NCBI GenBank assembly: GCA_963695025.1
Contig: CAVOFQ010000003.1
Span: 1,962,245-2,026,244 of the forward strand
Direction of reading: 5' to 3'
Length of the DNA stretch: 64,000 nt
DNA from: an uncultured Actinomycetes bacterium
GTDB taxonomy: Bacteria > Actinomycetota > Thermoleophilia > Gaiellales > JAICJC01
Shown: positions 1 to 8,989 of the stretch, piece by piece
How positions within the stretch are numbered: the stretch's first letter is position 1
How the letters are laid out: each line of letters begins with the position of its first letter
Program-made: the position numbers and the translations under genes
Notes under the pieces: model-generated
The model's database searches: none
What the model saw: only the letters and a program-made list of their open reading frames with translations
What the model was told of the DNA's origin: nothing

Positions 1-622
1 CCGCCGCGGTGCCGCCGAAGGGCACGAGCCCGACGGTGCCGACAAGCGATGCGGCCGCGGTGACGGCGACCGCCCCGTGGCGCGCGAGCAGGGGCTTCAC
101 GAGGACGTTGTACGCGGCGAAGGCGATGGGAGCGGCGAGCACGAGCAGCGGCCCGTGCGCGTGCGCGAACGAGACCCGCTGCCCCGACCCCAGCAGGATG
201 ACCACGACCACGCCTGCGAACGACAGCGCGAGACCCGCCGCGCGCCGCCGGGAGAACCGCTCCTGTCCGATGATGAGCGCCATCGCGAGCGTCATCCCCG
301 GCGCCGCGGCGACCACGACGCTGGCCGTTCCGGCAGTGGTCAGGCGCTCGCCCGCGTTCAGCGAGAGGTGATAGACGTCGACGACCAGAAGGCCCGCCGC
401 GACGAGCCGCAGCAGGTCACGCCGGCTCGCACCGGCCAGCCCGCGGGTCATGACGAGAGCGACGGCGAACCCCGGCGCCGCCACCACGTAGCGGCCGAGG
501 GCGATGTCCGGTGCGGCGAGGCCGTCGTGCAGCAGCTGCTTGATGGCTGCGAACGCCCCTGCCCAGACGATGACGACGAGAGCCAGCAACAGGTGCGGGC
601 TTCGTGGGAAACTGCGGGGCAT
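1..622 (-). CDS. EamA/DMT-family membrane transporter (C-terminal end outside window)
   Basis: Reverse-strand translation from ATG (620-622) reads MPRSFPRSPHLLLALVVIVWAGAFAAIKQLL... and stays open to position 1, with repeated hydrophobic segments typical of EamA permeases. It is absent from the ORF track because no stop lies inside the window. Confidence 0.7.
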   Translation of the reverse strand, partial: MPRSFPRSPHLLLALVVIVWAGAFAAIKQLLHDGLAAPDIALGRYVVAAPGFAVALVMTRGLAGASRRDLLRLVAAGLLVVDVYHLSLNAGERLTTAGTASVVVAAAPGMTLAMALIIGQERFSRRRAAGLALSFAGVVVVILLGSGQRVSFAHAHGPLLVLAAPIAFAAYNVLVKPLLARHGAVAVTAAASLVGTVGLVPFGGTAA

Positions 623-1019
623 GGCGGTTAAACGCATCGAGATTCGTTGGCGTGATATGGACGGGTTCGGCCACGTTAACAACTCGACCTACCTGACCTA
701 TCTTGAGGAGGGCCGGGACGAGCACATCACCGAGCTCGTCGGCGAGACCGTGCACCGGGTGGTGATCCGACGGATCGAGATCGACTTCGTCTCGGGCCTG
801 ACGCAGGACGACGACCTGGTCGACGTCCACGTGGAGCTGACCGCCGTCGGCGGGTCGAGCGTGACGCTCGACGAGCGCATCGTCACCGCCGCCGGCCGCG
901 TGGCGGCGAGGGCAAAGACCGTGCTCGTGCACATCGACGAGACCCGCACCGCCGCCGCCCCATGGCCGGACGACGCCCGCGCCGCCCTCGAATCGGAGCT
1001 TGCGCCAAAAGGGGTCTGA
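621..1019 (+). CDS. acyl-CoA thioesterase, hotdog fold (4HBT/YbgC-like)
   Basis: ORF 504..1019 trimmed to ATG 621. MAVKRIEIRWRDMDGFGHVNNSTYLTYLEEGR is the usual N-terminal signature of 4HBT thioesterases. Confidence 0.75.
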   Translation: MAVKRIEIRWRDMDGFGHVNNSTYLTYLEEGRDEHITELVGETVHRVVIRRIEIDFVSGLTQDDDLVDVHVELTAVGGSSVTLDERIVTAAGRVAARAKTVLVHIDETRTAAAPWPDDARAALESELAPKGV

Positions 1020-1029
1020 CCCCGTTTGG
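1005..1029. terminator. hairpin CCAAAAGGGG-TCTGA-CCCCGTTTGG at a convergent gene junction
   Basis: 10-bp stem with one mismatch. The thioesterase TGA stop (1017-1019) lies in the loop. The convergent gene ends at 1037. Confidence 0.35.
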
Positions 1030-1036
1030 CCCGGTT

Positions 1037-1681
1037 TCAGTACAGCGCGGCCGCCAGCCGGCGGCGGTAGGCGACCGCCAGCGGGTCGTCCTGGCCCAGG
1101 TCGGCGAACACGCCGACCATGACCTGGCGGATCCGCTCGCGGAGGTCGCCCTCGGCGCCCTGCAGAGCCGTGAGGAGAAGCTCGAGGCCGCGCTCGGTCT
1201 CGCCGTCCGCGAGCGCCTGCAGCGCGGGGGCGAGCACGGGATCGTCGGCCGATTCCAGCCGCACCAGCGCCGCCCGCGCCGCCGGGTGGTTGGGCTGCAG
1301 CTCCAGCGCGCGCCGGATCGACGTCTCGTCGCCCAGCGCCGCCAGCCGGTCGGCCTCCGAGGGCAGCAGGCCGCGCAGGAACGAGTCGACCGCGACCCGC
1401 GGCACCACTCCGGTGAACTCGTCCACCATGCGGCCGTCCTTGAAGGCCTTCACGGCCGGGATCCCCTGGACGCGATAGCGCATGGCGACCTGCGGATTGC
1501 TGTCGACGTCGACCTTCACGAGCTCGACGGCGCCGTCCGTGCTCTCGACGGCCTGCTCCAGCACCGGGCCGAGCTGGCGGCAGGGGCCGCACCACTCGGC
1601 CCAGAAGTCGACCACCACCGGGACCGTGCGCGAGCGCTCGATCACGTCGGCGTCGAAGCTGTGATCGGTGGCTTCGACCAT
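1037..1681 (-). CDS. thioredoxin-domain protein with TPR-like C-terminus (YbbN/CnoX-like co-chaperone)
   Basis: ORF 1037..2008 trimmed to ATG 1681. VVVDFWAEWCGPCRQLGP carries the WCGPC thioredoxin motif and is followed by a helical repeat tail. Confidence 0.8.
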   Translation of the reverse strand: MVEATDHSFDADVIERSRTVPVVVDFWAEWCGPCRQLGPVLEQAVESTDGAVELVKVDVDSNPQVAMRYRVQGIPAVKAFKDGRMVDEFTGVVPRVAVDSFLRGLLPSEADRLAALGDETSIRRALELQPNHPAARAALVRLESADDPVLAPALQALADGETERGLELLLTALQGAEGDLRERIRQVMVGVFADLGQDDPLAVAYRRRLAAALY

Positions 1682-1683
1682 GC

Positions 1684-2523
1684 TCACCCCTCGTCGTCCG
1701 CCTGCTCGCGCAGGTAGCGCTCGAAGTCTGCGGCCAGCTCGTCGCCCGTCGGTGGATCGTCGCGGTCGGCGGCCTGTTCGAGCTGCTCGACGTAGCCGGC
1801 CACGTCGGGATCGTCGGCGATCGCCGAGGCCACCCGCAGCTGGTACTCGCTCGCCGCGCGCTGCAGCTCGCCGCTGCCCGGAGGCGTGCCCGCGATCTCG
1901 GCCAGCCGTTCCAGAAGCGCCAGCGCGGCCTGCGGGTTGGGGGCGGCCGAGATGTAGTGCGGCGTGGCGGCCCACAGGCTGGCCGAGATGAGGCCGGCCC
2001 GCGAGCACGAGTCGTGGAGCACGCCGACGATCCCGGTCGGGCCCTCATACGTGGAGCTCGCGAGCCCATGGCGGCTCATCAGCTCGGGATCGGAGGCGCT
2101 GGCCGAGACCGGCACCGGCCGCGTGTGGGGCGTGTCGGCGAGCAGGGCTCCCATTGTGATCACGAGCTCCGACTCGTACCTCCGCGCGATCTCGACGATC
2201 GTGTCCGAGAACGCCCGCCAGCGCATGTTCGGCTCGGTGCCGAGCACGATCAGAAGGTCGTGGGACGGCGATGCGAACACCTCGGTGACCGGCCATTCCA
2301 ACCGGCGCACATCGCCGTCGACGAGTTGCACCGTCGGCCGGGTCTGCTGGTAGTCGATGAACGGCTCGGAGTCGATGACGGCGAAAAGCTCGGCATCGGT
2401 GACAGCCCGCAGGTAGCCGGCCGCCAGGCTGGCCGCACCGCCGGCGTCGTTCCAGCCCCTGAACGCGGCCACCATTCGCGGGTTCTGCAGAGCCGGCTCC
2501 GAATCGAGTCGGACGAAGTCCAT
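1684..2523 (-). CDS. PAC2 (proteasome assembly chaperone-like) family protein
   Basis: ORF 1684..2664 trimmed to ATG 2523 (MDFVRLDSEPALQNPRMVAAFRGWNDAGGAAS...GTEPNMRW...). Recalled resemblance to the actinobacterial PAC2 family. Its stop lies 2 nt from the next start. Confidence 0.65.
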   Translation of the reverse strand: MDFVRLDSEPALQNPRMVAAFRGWNDAGGAASLAAGYLRAVTDAELFAVIDSEPFIDYQQTRPTVQLVDGDVRRLEWPVTEVFASPSHDLLIVLGTEPNMRWRAFSDTIVEIARRYESELVITMGALLADTPHTRPVPVSASASDPELMSRHGLASSTYEGPTGIVGVLHDSCSRAGLISASLWAATPHYISAAPNPQAALALLERLAEIAGTPPGSGELQRAASEYQLRVASAIADDPDVAGYVEQLEQAADRDDPPTGDELAADFERYLREQADDEG

Positions 2524-2572
2524 GCCTGCAGTCTGGCACAACGCCTTCGAGCCGCGGGCGGCTCGTGGGCGA

Positions 2573-2578
2573 TATAAC
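2573..2578 (+). promoter_or_regulatory. -10-like hexamer TATAAC positioned for a leaderless MarP-like transcript
   Basis: TATAAC ends 7 nt before ATG 2586, and no RBS fits in between. Confidence 0.35.
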
Positions 2579-2585
2579 CCGGCGC

Positions 2586-3728
2586 ATGGGCTCAGTTGAC
2601 CTGATCGTGATCGCATGGGTGGTGATGTCCGCCGTCCTCGGCGCCCGCCGCGGCCTGGTCGCAAACGTGCTCGGGCTGGCGGGATTCGCGGTCGGCGCGC
2701 TCCTCGGAGCGCGGTTGGCGCCCCACCTGCTCTCGGGCGGGTCGCAGTCGACGTGGCTGCCGATGGCGAGCCTCATCGGCGCACTGGTCGGCGGAAGCGC
2801 CGCTCAGGCCGTGACCGGGTCGGTGGCCGCGATGCTGCGCGGGCGGCTCCTGCACGGCCCGCTGCGGCTGGCGGACACGGCCGGTGGCTTTGTTGCCGGT
2901 GCCGCACTCGGACTGGCCGTGGCCTGGCTGGTCGCCGTCGTCGCGCTCGCCCAGCCCACGCTCGGCCTCCGCCGCGACGTGCAGGGCTCGACCGTTCTGC
3001 CGGCGCTGCTGCGGGATGTCCCCGCCGACGAGGTGCTGCACGCGCTGGCCCGGTTCGACCCGCTCCCGGTGCTCCCGTCGATCGCCGACCGGGCGCTGCC
3101 GCCGCCCGATCCGAGCGTCCTGCGCAGCGTCCCCGCCCGGCGCGACAGCCGGAGCGTGGTCCGCATCGAGGGCACCGCCTGCGGTCTGGACATCCAGGGC
3201 TCGGGCTGGGTGCTCCGCCCGGGGATCGTCGTCACCAACGCCCACGTGATCGCGGGCGAGCAGAACGCGCAGGTCGAGGCGCCGGGAGGCGTATCGCTGA
3301 CCGGCATCCCCATCGCGGTCGACCCGGGCAACGATGTCGCGCTACTGCGTGTCGCCGGCCTGCACCCGCCGCCGTTGCGGCTCTCGCCCAAGGCTCCGTC
3401 CGGGGGCGGCGCGATCCTGATCGGCTACCCCGAGGACGGCCCCCTGACGGCCGTGGCCGGGCGTGCCGGCACCCCCGTGACGGCGCTCGCACCCGACGCG
3501 TACGGCAAGCACGTCCACCCCCGCACGGTCGTGCCGCTGCGCGGCCTGCTGCGCCACGGGGACAGCGGCGGCCCGGTCGTCAACCGGGCCGGGCAGGTCG
3601 TTGCCATGATGTTCGCCGCCGACGAGGGCGGCGGGATCCAGGGCGGCTTCGGGGTTCCGCTCGATGCGATCCGACACGCGCTCCAGATGACCGGGCCGCA
3701 CCCGGACACCGGCCCGTGTCTCGGGTAG
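2586..3728 (+). CDS. MarP-like protease: CvpA membrane domain fused to a trypsin-like serine protease
   Basis: The N-terminus has four hydrophobic helices (CvpA-like). The C-terminus has TNAHV, NDVALL and GDSGGPVV, the His/Asp/Ser triad context. ATG 2586 is preferred over GTG 2565 because a TATAAC -10-like hexamer sits at 2573-2578. Confidence 0.8.
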   Translation: MGSVDLIVIAWVVMSAVLGARRGLVANVLGLAGFAVGALLGARLAPHLLSGGSQSTWLPMASLIGALVGGSAAQAVTGSVAAMLRGRLLHGPLRLADTAGGFVAGAALGLAVAWLVAVVALAQPTLGLRRDVQGSTVLPALLRDVPADEVLHALARFDPLPVLPSIADRALPPPDPSVLRSVPARRDSRSVVRIEGTACGLDIQGSGWVLRPGIVVTNAHVIAGEQNAQVEAPGGVSLTGIPIAVDPGNDVALLRVAGLHPPPLRLSPKAPSGGGAILIGYPEDGPLTAVAGRAGTPVTALAPDAYGKHVHPRTVVPLRGLLRHGDSGGPVVNRAGQVVAMMFAADEGGGIQGGFGVPLDAIRHALQMTGPHPDTGPCLG

Positions 3729-3729
3729 G

Positions 3730-4875
3730 TCAGGCAGCGCGGCCGGGGCTGCGCTCGGCGAGCACATCTGCAAGCGCCTCGAGCGCGACCAGGTTATGGC
3801 CCTCGACGAAGACGTCGGCGTGGCGCAGTGCGATCCGCATGCCCCCGGCCAGCGGCGCGAAGCCGTCGTGGCCCTTGAGCGGGTTCACCCACACCAGCCT
3901 GTGCGCCTGGCGTGAGATCCGGGCGAGCTCCGTGTCGAGCAGGGTGAGGTCGCCGCGCTCCCATCCGTCGGAGACGATCACCACGACCGCTCCACGCGTC
4001 AGTCCCCGCCGTCCCCATACGTCGTTGTAGCGGCGGAGCGAGTCGCCGATTCGGGTGCCGCCGCCCCAGTCGGGCATCAACCCGCCCGCCCCGGCGAGCG
4101 CCCGCGCGGGGTCGAGTTTCTTCAGGTGGGGGGTGAGCCGCGTGATCCGGGTGCCGAAGGCAAACGCCTCGACTCGCCGGCCGGTGACGGTCACCGCCTG
4201 CAGGAACATCACGATCGCTCGCGCATACGGCTCCATCGAGCCGGAGACGTCGCACAGAAACACGAGCTTGCGGGGAACCTGCTTGCGACGGCGAAACGCT
4301 GGATCGAGCGGCAGGCCCTGTGTCCGGATCGCCCGTCGCAGCGTTCGCCGGGCATCGAGTACGTCTCCGCTCGTGCCCGCCCGCAGGCGCCGCGAGCGCC
4401 GCTTGGGGGTTGCGTCGGGCAGGCGCTCCATCAGCCGGCGCAGCCTCCGGAGCTCGGCGACGGTCATATCGGCGAAGTCGCGCTGGCGCAGACGCTCGTC
4501 GGGCGAGGCGGCCAGCACCGTCACCGACTCCTCGCCGCTCTCGTCGCCCCCACCATCCGGCTCGTGCGCCGGCACCGGCGGCGGGGCGCCCGGCTCGACC
4601 CGCGGCACCTCGACGCCCGCATCCGGCTGGGGCATCACCGGCGCCTCCTCCCAGTAGGCGGCGAAGGCCGCGTCGAATGCGTCCATCTCCTCGCGCCGCG
4701 CGACCAGCGTCGCGCGCAGGGTGTGGTAGACGTCGTCGCGGCGGGCGAGCCCGACCACGTCGAGCCCGCGCAGCGCGTCCTGCAGCCGCCCGGGGCCGAC
4801 CTCGAGCCCGGCGGAGCGCAGCACCCGGCCGAAGCCGACGATGCGCTCGAGGACGACGTCCCCCGGGGCCGGCAC
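3730..4875 (-). CDS. VWA domain protein, CoxE-like
   Basis: 381-aa ORF with GTG start. The C-terminal FLCDVSGSM matches a MIDAS-type DxSxS motif. It lies 1 nt downstream of the MoxR ATPase gene. Confidence 0.75.
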   Translation of the reverse strand: MPAPGDVVLERIVGFGRVLRSAGLEVGPGRLQDALRGLDVVGLARRDDVYHTLRATLVARREEMDAFDAAFAAYWEEAPVMPQPDAGVEVPRVEPGAPPPVPAHEPDGGGDESGEESVTVLAASPDERLRQRDFADMTVAELRRLRRLMERLPDATPKRRSRRLRAGTSGDVLDARRTLRRAIRTQGLPLDPAFRRRKQVPRKLVFLCDVSGSMEPYARAIVMFLQAVTVTGRRVEAFAFGTRITRLTPHLKKLDPARALAGAGGLMPDWGGGTRIGDSLRRYNDVWGRRGLTRGAVVVIVSDGWERGDLTLLDTELARISRQAHRLVWVNPLKGHDGFAPLAGGMRIALRHADVFVEGHNLVALEALADVLAERSPGRAA

Positions 4876-4876
4876 G

Positions 4877-5773
4877 CTAGGCCTCGCGGGCGTGTGCGAG
4901 GAGCTTCGGGAGGCGCCCGTCGCGCACGAGCTCGATGTCCTCGTGGTGCTTCAGGACGGTGCCCAGCGTGGCGTCGACGACCCCGGCGTCGAGCTCCGCC
5001 TGGCCGAGTGCCAGCAGCGCCTGAGTCCAGTCGATCGTCTCGGCGACGCCGGGGACCTTCGCCAGGTCGAGGTCGCGCAGGGACGCGACGAACGTTGCCG
5101 CCTCGACGGCCAGCCGCTCGGGCACGCCGGGGACGCGGGCACGCACGATCGCAACCTCGCGGTCGGTGTCGGGGTGGCCGATCCAGTGGTACAGGCAGCG
5201 ACGCTTCAGGGCATCGTGGAGATCGCGGGTGCGGTTCGAGGTGAGCACGACGCGCGGGCGGCGCTTGGCACGCACCGTGCCGATCTCGGGGATCGTGACC
5301 TGGAAGTCGGACAAGAGCTCGAGCAGGAACGCCTCGAACTCGTCGTCGGCCCGGTCGATCTCGTCGATCAGGAGCACGGGCGGAGTCGCGTCGCTGTGCT
5401 CGATCGCCTCGAGGAGCGGCCGCGCCTCCAGGAACTCGCGGCCGAACAGGTCGTGGAGCGTGCGGGCCGGGTCGAGCGCCTCCGCCGCCTCCAGCGTGCG
5501 GATGTAGAGCAGCTGGCGGGCGTGGTTCCAGTCGTACAGGGCGTGGGCGACGTCGATGCCCTCGTAGCACTGCAGCCGGATCAGGCGCCCACCGGTGACC
5601 ATCGCCAGGGCCTTCGCCGCCTCCGTCTTGCCCACCCCGGCCTCGCCCTCGAGGAGCACCGGCTTCTCGAGCGCGAGTGCGAGCGTGAGCACCGTCGCAA
5701 GGCCGCGGTCGGCCAGATAGGCGTGTTCGGCGAGCTGCGCCGTGAGCGTGTCGATGGAGTCCGCTTTGATCAC
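4877..5773 (-). CDS. MoxR-family AAA+ ATPase (CoxD-like)
   Basis: LLEGEAGVGKT is a Walker A motif and VLLIDEIDRA is a Walker B motif. The size (298 aa) fits the MoxR class. Confidence 0.85.
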   Translation of the reverse strand: MIKADSIDTLTAQLAEHAYLADRGLATVLTLALALEKPVLLEGEAGVGKTEAAKALAMVTGGRLIRLQCYEGIDVAHALYDWNHARQLLYIRTLEAAEALDPARTLHDLFGREFLEARPLLEAIEHSDATPPVLLIDEIDRADDEFEAFLLELLSDFQVTIPEIGTVRAKRRPRVVLTSNRTRDLHDALKRRCLYHWIGHPDTDREVAIVRARVPGVPERLAVEAATFVASLRDLDLAKVPGVAETIDWTQALLALGQAELDAGVVDATLGTVLKHHEDIELVRDGRLPKLLAHAREA

Positions 5774-5904
5774 AGCCTGAGATTAGATGATTGATTCCAC
5801 GCCTCCGCGCCTGGACGTTCATCGGTGGCGGGTTGGCGGTTTGTGGCGGGGCTGCGGCTGCGAACCGTCGCCCAGGACATCACGGCGGCGGCGGAACCAA
5901 CCAT

Positions 5905-6657
5905 CTATCGCGGCTCGGGCAGATCCCAGCCGCTGCTCGTCAGGTCGAGGCCGCCGTCGATGGCGATCGTGACGCCGGTGATGTACGTCGCCGCCGGTGA
6001 CGCCAGATAGGCGATCAGGTCGCCCACCTCTTCGGCGGCGCCGAGCCGCCGCATCGGGATGGTGGCCGCCACCGCGTCCAGGTCGAGGCCGTAGCCGGCC
6101 ACGCCCTCGGTGTCGATCCATCCGGGCGCGACGCACACAAGGCCGATGCCGTACCGGCCCCACTCCATCGCCAGCGTTCGCGTGAGCCCGCCCATCCCGG
6201 CGCGGGCGGCCGACGAGTGCGCCATGCCGGCGATGCCGCGCTCGGGACAGAGCACCACCGAGATCACCCGGCCGCCGCCGTTTGCGATCATCCACCGCTT
6301 CGCGACCGCCTGGGTGAGGAACCAGGGCGCGTCCAGGTTCAGCCGCCGCACGGCCCGCCATCCGCCCGGCGAGATGTCCTCCGCAGCGGCGGTGAACTGG
6401 CCGCCCGCGTTGTTCACCAGGCAGTCGATGCGCCCGAACCGGGTCATGCACTCCTCGACGAGGCCGGCGCTCACGTCCGGGTCGCGGATGTCCCCGGGGT
6501 AGGTCTCGCAGCCGTCTCCCAGCAGCGCCCTTGTCTCCTCGAGCGGTTCGGGCCGCCGGCCCGCGACGAGCACGCCGTAGCCGTCGCGGTGCAGCGCGAT
6601 CGCGGTCGCCCGGCCGATGCCGGTACCGCCGCCCGTGACGATGGCCGCGCGCTCCAC
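5905..6657 (-). CDS. SDR-family oxidoreductase
   Basis: TGGGTGIG is a Rossmann motif and an NNAG motif is present. 250 aa. Confidence 0.85.
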   Translation of the reverse strand: MERAAIVTGGGTGIGRATAIALHRDGYGVLVAGRRPEPLEETRALLGDGCETYPGDIRDPDVSAGLVEECMTRFGRIDCLVNNAGGQFTAAAEDISPGGWRAVRRLNLDAPWFLTQAVAKRWMIANGGGRVISVVLCPERGIAGMAHSSAARAGMGGLTRTLAMEWGRYGIGLVCVAPGWIDTEGVAGYGLDLDAVAATIPMRRLGAAEEVGDLIAYLASPAATYITGVTIAIDGGLDLTSSGWDLPEPR

Positions 6658-6789
6658 GGCCTGAACCTACCAGACCCCGTGCACCGCTCGATGTGGCCCC
6701 AGGAGGCGCTGGCAGGCGGCACCAAACGCCGTACACTTCAGGCTGAACGTCGGAGGTGCGCGATTCGCTGTCTGCTGCTCGATGCAACC

Positions 6790-7290
6790 ATGCGGCCAAC
6801 CAGTCTCGTCACGCGCGAGCGTGCTGTGTCGCTGGTGGTCTGTGGCCAGGCACAGGTGATCGCAGAAGACCCCGAGGTGTTGTTCCGGTCGGAGCACCTG
6901 CGCGTCGCGCTGCCGGTGATCCTGCAGGTCCCGGCATATGTCGAGCTGCGCCCGCTGGTGAAGCGCAACGTCGTTCGCCGGGTGCTCTTCTGCCGCGACA
7001 ACTGGCGCTGCGCCTACTGCGGCCGTGACGGCGGCCCTCGCGACCTGACGATGGATCACGTGAAGCCGCTTTCCCGCGGCGGGCGGCACTCGTGGGACAA
7101 CGTCGTCAGCGCCTGCCGCCGCTGCAACCACCGCAAGGGCAACCGGCTGCCGTGGGAGGCCGGCATGTACCCCCGCCACGTCCCCAAGGCGCCCGACATG
7201 GTGCAGGTGGCCTGGGCCGGCCGGCTGACCCACCCCTTGCAGCGCGAGTACGTGGCCGCCTGGCACAAGGTGCCGGAAGCGGTTCTCTAG
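6790..7290 (+). CDS. HNH endonuclease
   Basis: ORF 6217..7290 trimmed to ATG 6790. CAYCGR...DHVKPLSRGGRHSWDNVVSACRRCNHRKGN shows the HNH/zinc-finger pattern. Confidence 0.75.
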   Translation: MRPTSLVTRERAVSLVVCGQAQVIAEDPEVLFRSEHLRVALPVILQVPAYVELRPLVKRNVVRRVLFCRDNWRCAYCGRDGGPRDLTMDHVKPLSRGGRHSWDNVVSACRRCNHRKGNRLPWEAGMYPRHVPKAPDMVQVAWAGRLTHPLQREYVAAWHKVPEAVL

Positions 7291-7296
7291 CCGCAT

Positions 7297-7317
7297 GAAT
7301 GGGGCCTAACCCCGTTT
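7297..7317. terminator. hairpin GAATGGGG-CCTAA-CCCCGTTTC, same motif as 1005..1029
   Basis: It lies 7 nt after the HNH stop, between convergent genes, and shares the GGGG-N5-CCCCGTTT core with the hairpin at 1005. Confidence 0.3.
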
Positions 7318-7380
7318 CGGCGCCTCACCAACAACCCCCGAGGGCGTGAACGGTGAGAACACCATGCACGCCCCACGCCG

Positions 7381-8239
7381 CTACCCCAACGCGGCCGCCC
7401 GCAGTCCCCTCTGCATCGCCGCCGCGACCGGGCCCGGGCGGCCGTCGGCAACCGCGGCGCCGTCCAGGCGCACCACGGGCATCACCTCGCGGATGCTCGA
7501 CGACGTGAACACCTCGGCGACCCGCGCCAGCCGGTCGAGCTCGTAGGCGCCCGACTCGACGGTGATCCGGGCGTCCGCCGCGACGTCGACGAGGGTGTCG
7601 CGAGTCACGCCCGCGAGGATGCCGAGGTCGAGCGCCGGCGTGTGCAGGATTCCGTCCTCGACGAACCACACGTTCGACGTCGGGCCCTCCAGCACGATTC
7701 CCTCGAGCGAGAGGAACAGGGCGTCGTCGGCGCCTCGCCGGCGGGCCTCGGTCTGGGCGGCGATGTTGACCGCGTAGCTCGTCGACTTGACGCCCGGCAG
7801 AAGCCAGGGGGACGCGCGCCGGGCCGTCGCGCCGATCGCGAGCTGGAGCGAGCGCAGCTCGATCCCGGCCGCCCGCATCCGATCGAGGCCTTCCGGTAGC
7901 GCGGTGACGAGGGCGAATCCAACCGGCCGCGTCGCATCCGCGCCCGCCGTCCACACCACCCGCAGCACCGCATCCAGCACGCCCGGCTGCGCCAGCGACT
8001 CGCCGACGAGATCGGTGAGCGCGGCCGAGTCGGGCGCGTCCAGACCCGAGCACGTGGGCCGAGCGGGTCAGCCGCTCCAGGTGCGCCGGCAGCCGGAACG
8101 GCCGCCCCGCGTACACCCGCAGCGTCTCGAACACCGCCCGGCCGCGCAGCACCGCCTCGTCGTCGACCCGCAGCCACGGCCGGTCGGGATCGACCAGCCC
8201 GTGGCCCAGAACCGCCAGGGCCAGGGTCTCCTCGGGCAT
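7381..8239 (-). pseudogene. class IV aminotransferase (BCAT/ADC-lyase family) with a 1-nt insertion frameshift
   Basis: The N-terminal 64 aa (MPEETLALAVLGHGLVDPDRPWLRVDDEAVLRGRAVFETLRVY...HLERLTRSAHVLG) lie in the frame of ORF 7325..8239. The rest (LDAPDSAALTDLVGESLAQPGVLDAVLRVVWT...STSYAVNIAAQTEARRRGADDALFL...) lies in the frame of ORF 7381..7980. The junction is at the CCC run 8045-8047. Total length is 859 nt, not a multiple of 3. Confidence 0.7.
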
Positions 8240-8259
8240 GCCTGTGCGATGCTACCGGC

Positions 8260-8988
8260 GTGTCCGCGGTCTCGGAACGCAAGCGCCACGCCCGCCATCT
8301 GTTCGCGGGCATCGCCGCCGACTACGACCGCTGGGCGCACCTGCTCTCGCTCGGCCAGGACAGGCGCTGGCACGACTTCATGATCGAGACGATCGCCCCG
8401 GCGGCCGACCGCGATGGGGCGCTCGTCGCAGACGTCGCCACCGGCACCGGCGCCGTCGCGATCGCGCTGGCCCGCCGCTACCCGTGCCGCGTCGTCGGCA
8501 TCGACCAGAGCCCCGACATGCTCGCCGGCGCCCGTGACCGGATCGGCGCCGCAACCCTCGCCGAGCGGATCGAGCTGGTCGAGGCTCCGGCCGAGGAGCT
8601 GCCCGTCGCCCCCGGCTCGGTCGACGCGCTCACCCACACCTATCTGCTGCGCTACGTCGACGATCCGGCCACGGTGCTGCGCACGCTGGCGGCCGCGGTT
8701 CGTCCCGGCGGGATGATGGCATCGCTCGAGTTCGGCGTCCCCCGCGGCGCCGAGCTGGCGGCGTGGCGAGCCTACACGCGAGTCGGGCTGCCGCTGGCCG
8801 GCGCCCTCGCCGGCCCGGCGTGGGTGCAGACGGGCCGGTTCCTCGGCCCCAGCATCGAGCGATTCTGGAACGCATATCCGCTCGATACGGTGCTGCGCAT
8901 GTGGGCCGACGCCGGGATGGAGCGCATCCGCTCGCGGCGCCTGAGCGCCGGCGGCGGCATCGTCATCTGGGGCCTGCGGGCAGGGTGA
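8260..8988 (+). CDS. class I SAM-dependent methyltransferase (UbiE/MenG-like)
   Basis: GTG start. The DYDRWAHLLSLGQDRRWH region resembles UbiE family proteins and VADVATGTG is SAM-binding motif I. Confidence 0.8.
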   Translation: MSAVSERKRHARHLFAGIAADYDRWAHLLSLGQDRRWHDFMIETIAPAADRDGALVADVATGTGAVAIALARRYPCRVVGIDQSPDMLAGARDRIGAATLAERIELVEAPAEELPVAPGSVDALTHTYLLRYVDDPATVLRTLAAAVRPGGMMASLEFGVPRGAELAAWRAYTRVGLPLAGALAGPAWVQTGRFLGPSIERFWNAYPLDTVLRMWADAGMERIRSRRLSAGGGIVIWGLRAG

Positions 8989-8989
8989 C

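Noticed and set aside
417-2069. Very long ORFs on the opposite strand or in alternate frames of recognised genes. Examples: 417..2069 minus (550 aa), 19411..22080 plus (889 aa), 25242..27050 minus (602 aa), 36860..39805 plus (981 aa), 43968..46790 beyond residue 376, and 16647..18791 upstream of Met 18701.
   Set aside because: Their translations are Arg/Pro/Gly/Ala-rich low-complexity strings with no motifs. They overlap frames that carry clear family signatures. Stop-codon scarcity in very GC-rich DNA explains them.
3730-5773. The MoxR AAA+ and VWA pair next to the CvpA-trypsin protease, considered as a possible NTPase-based conflict or defence system.
   Set aside because: The architecture and size match the ordinary CoxD/CoxE-type MoxR-VWA chaperone pair. 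The protease gene is convergent rather than co-transcribed. No effector or sensor domains are attached.
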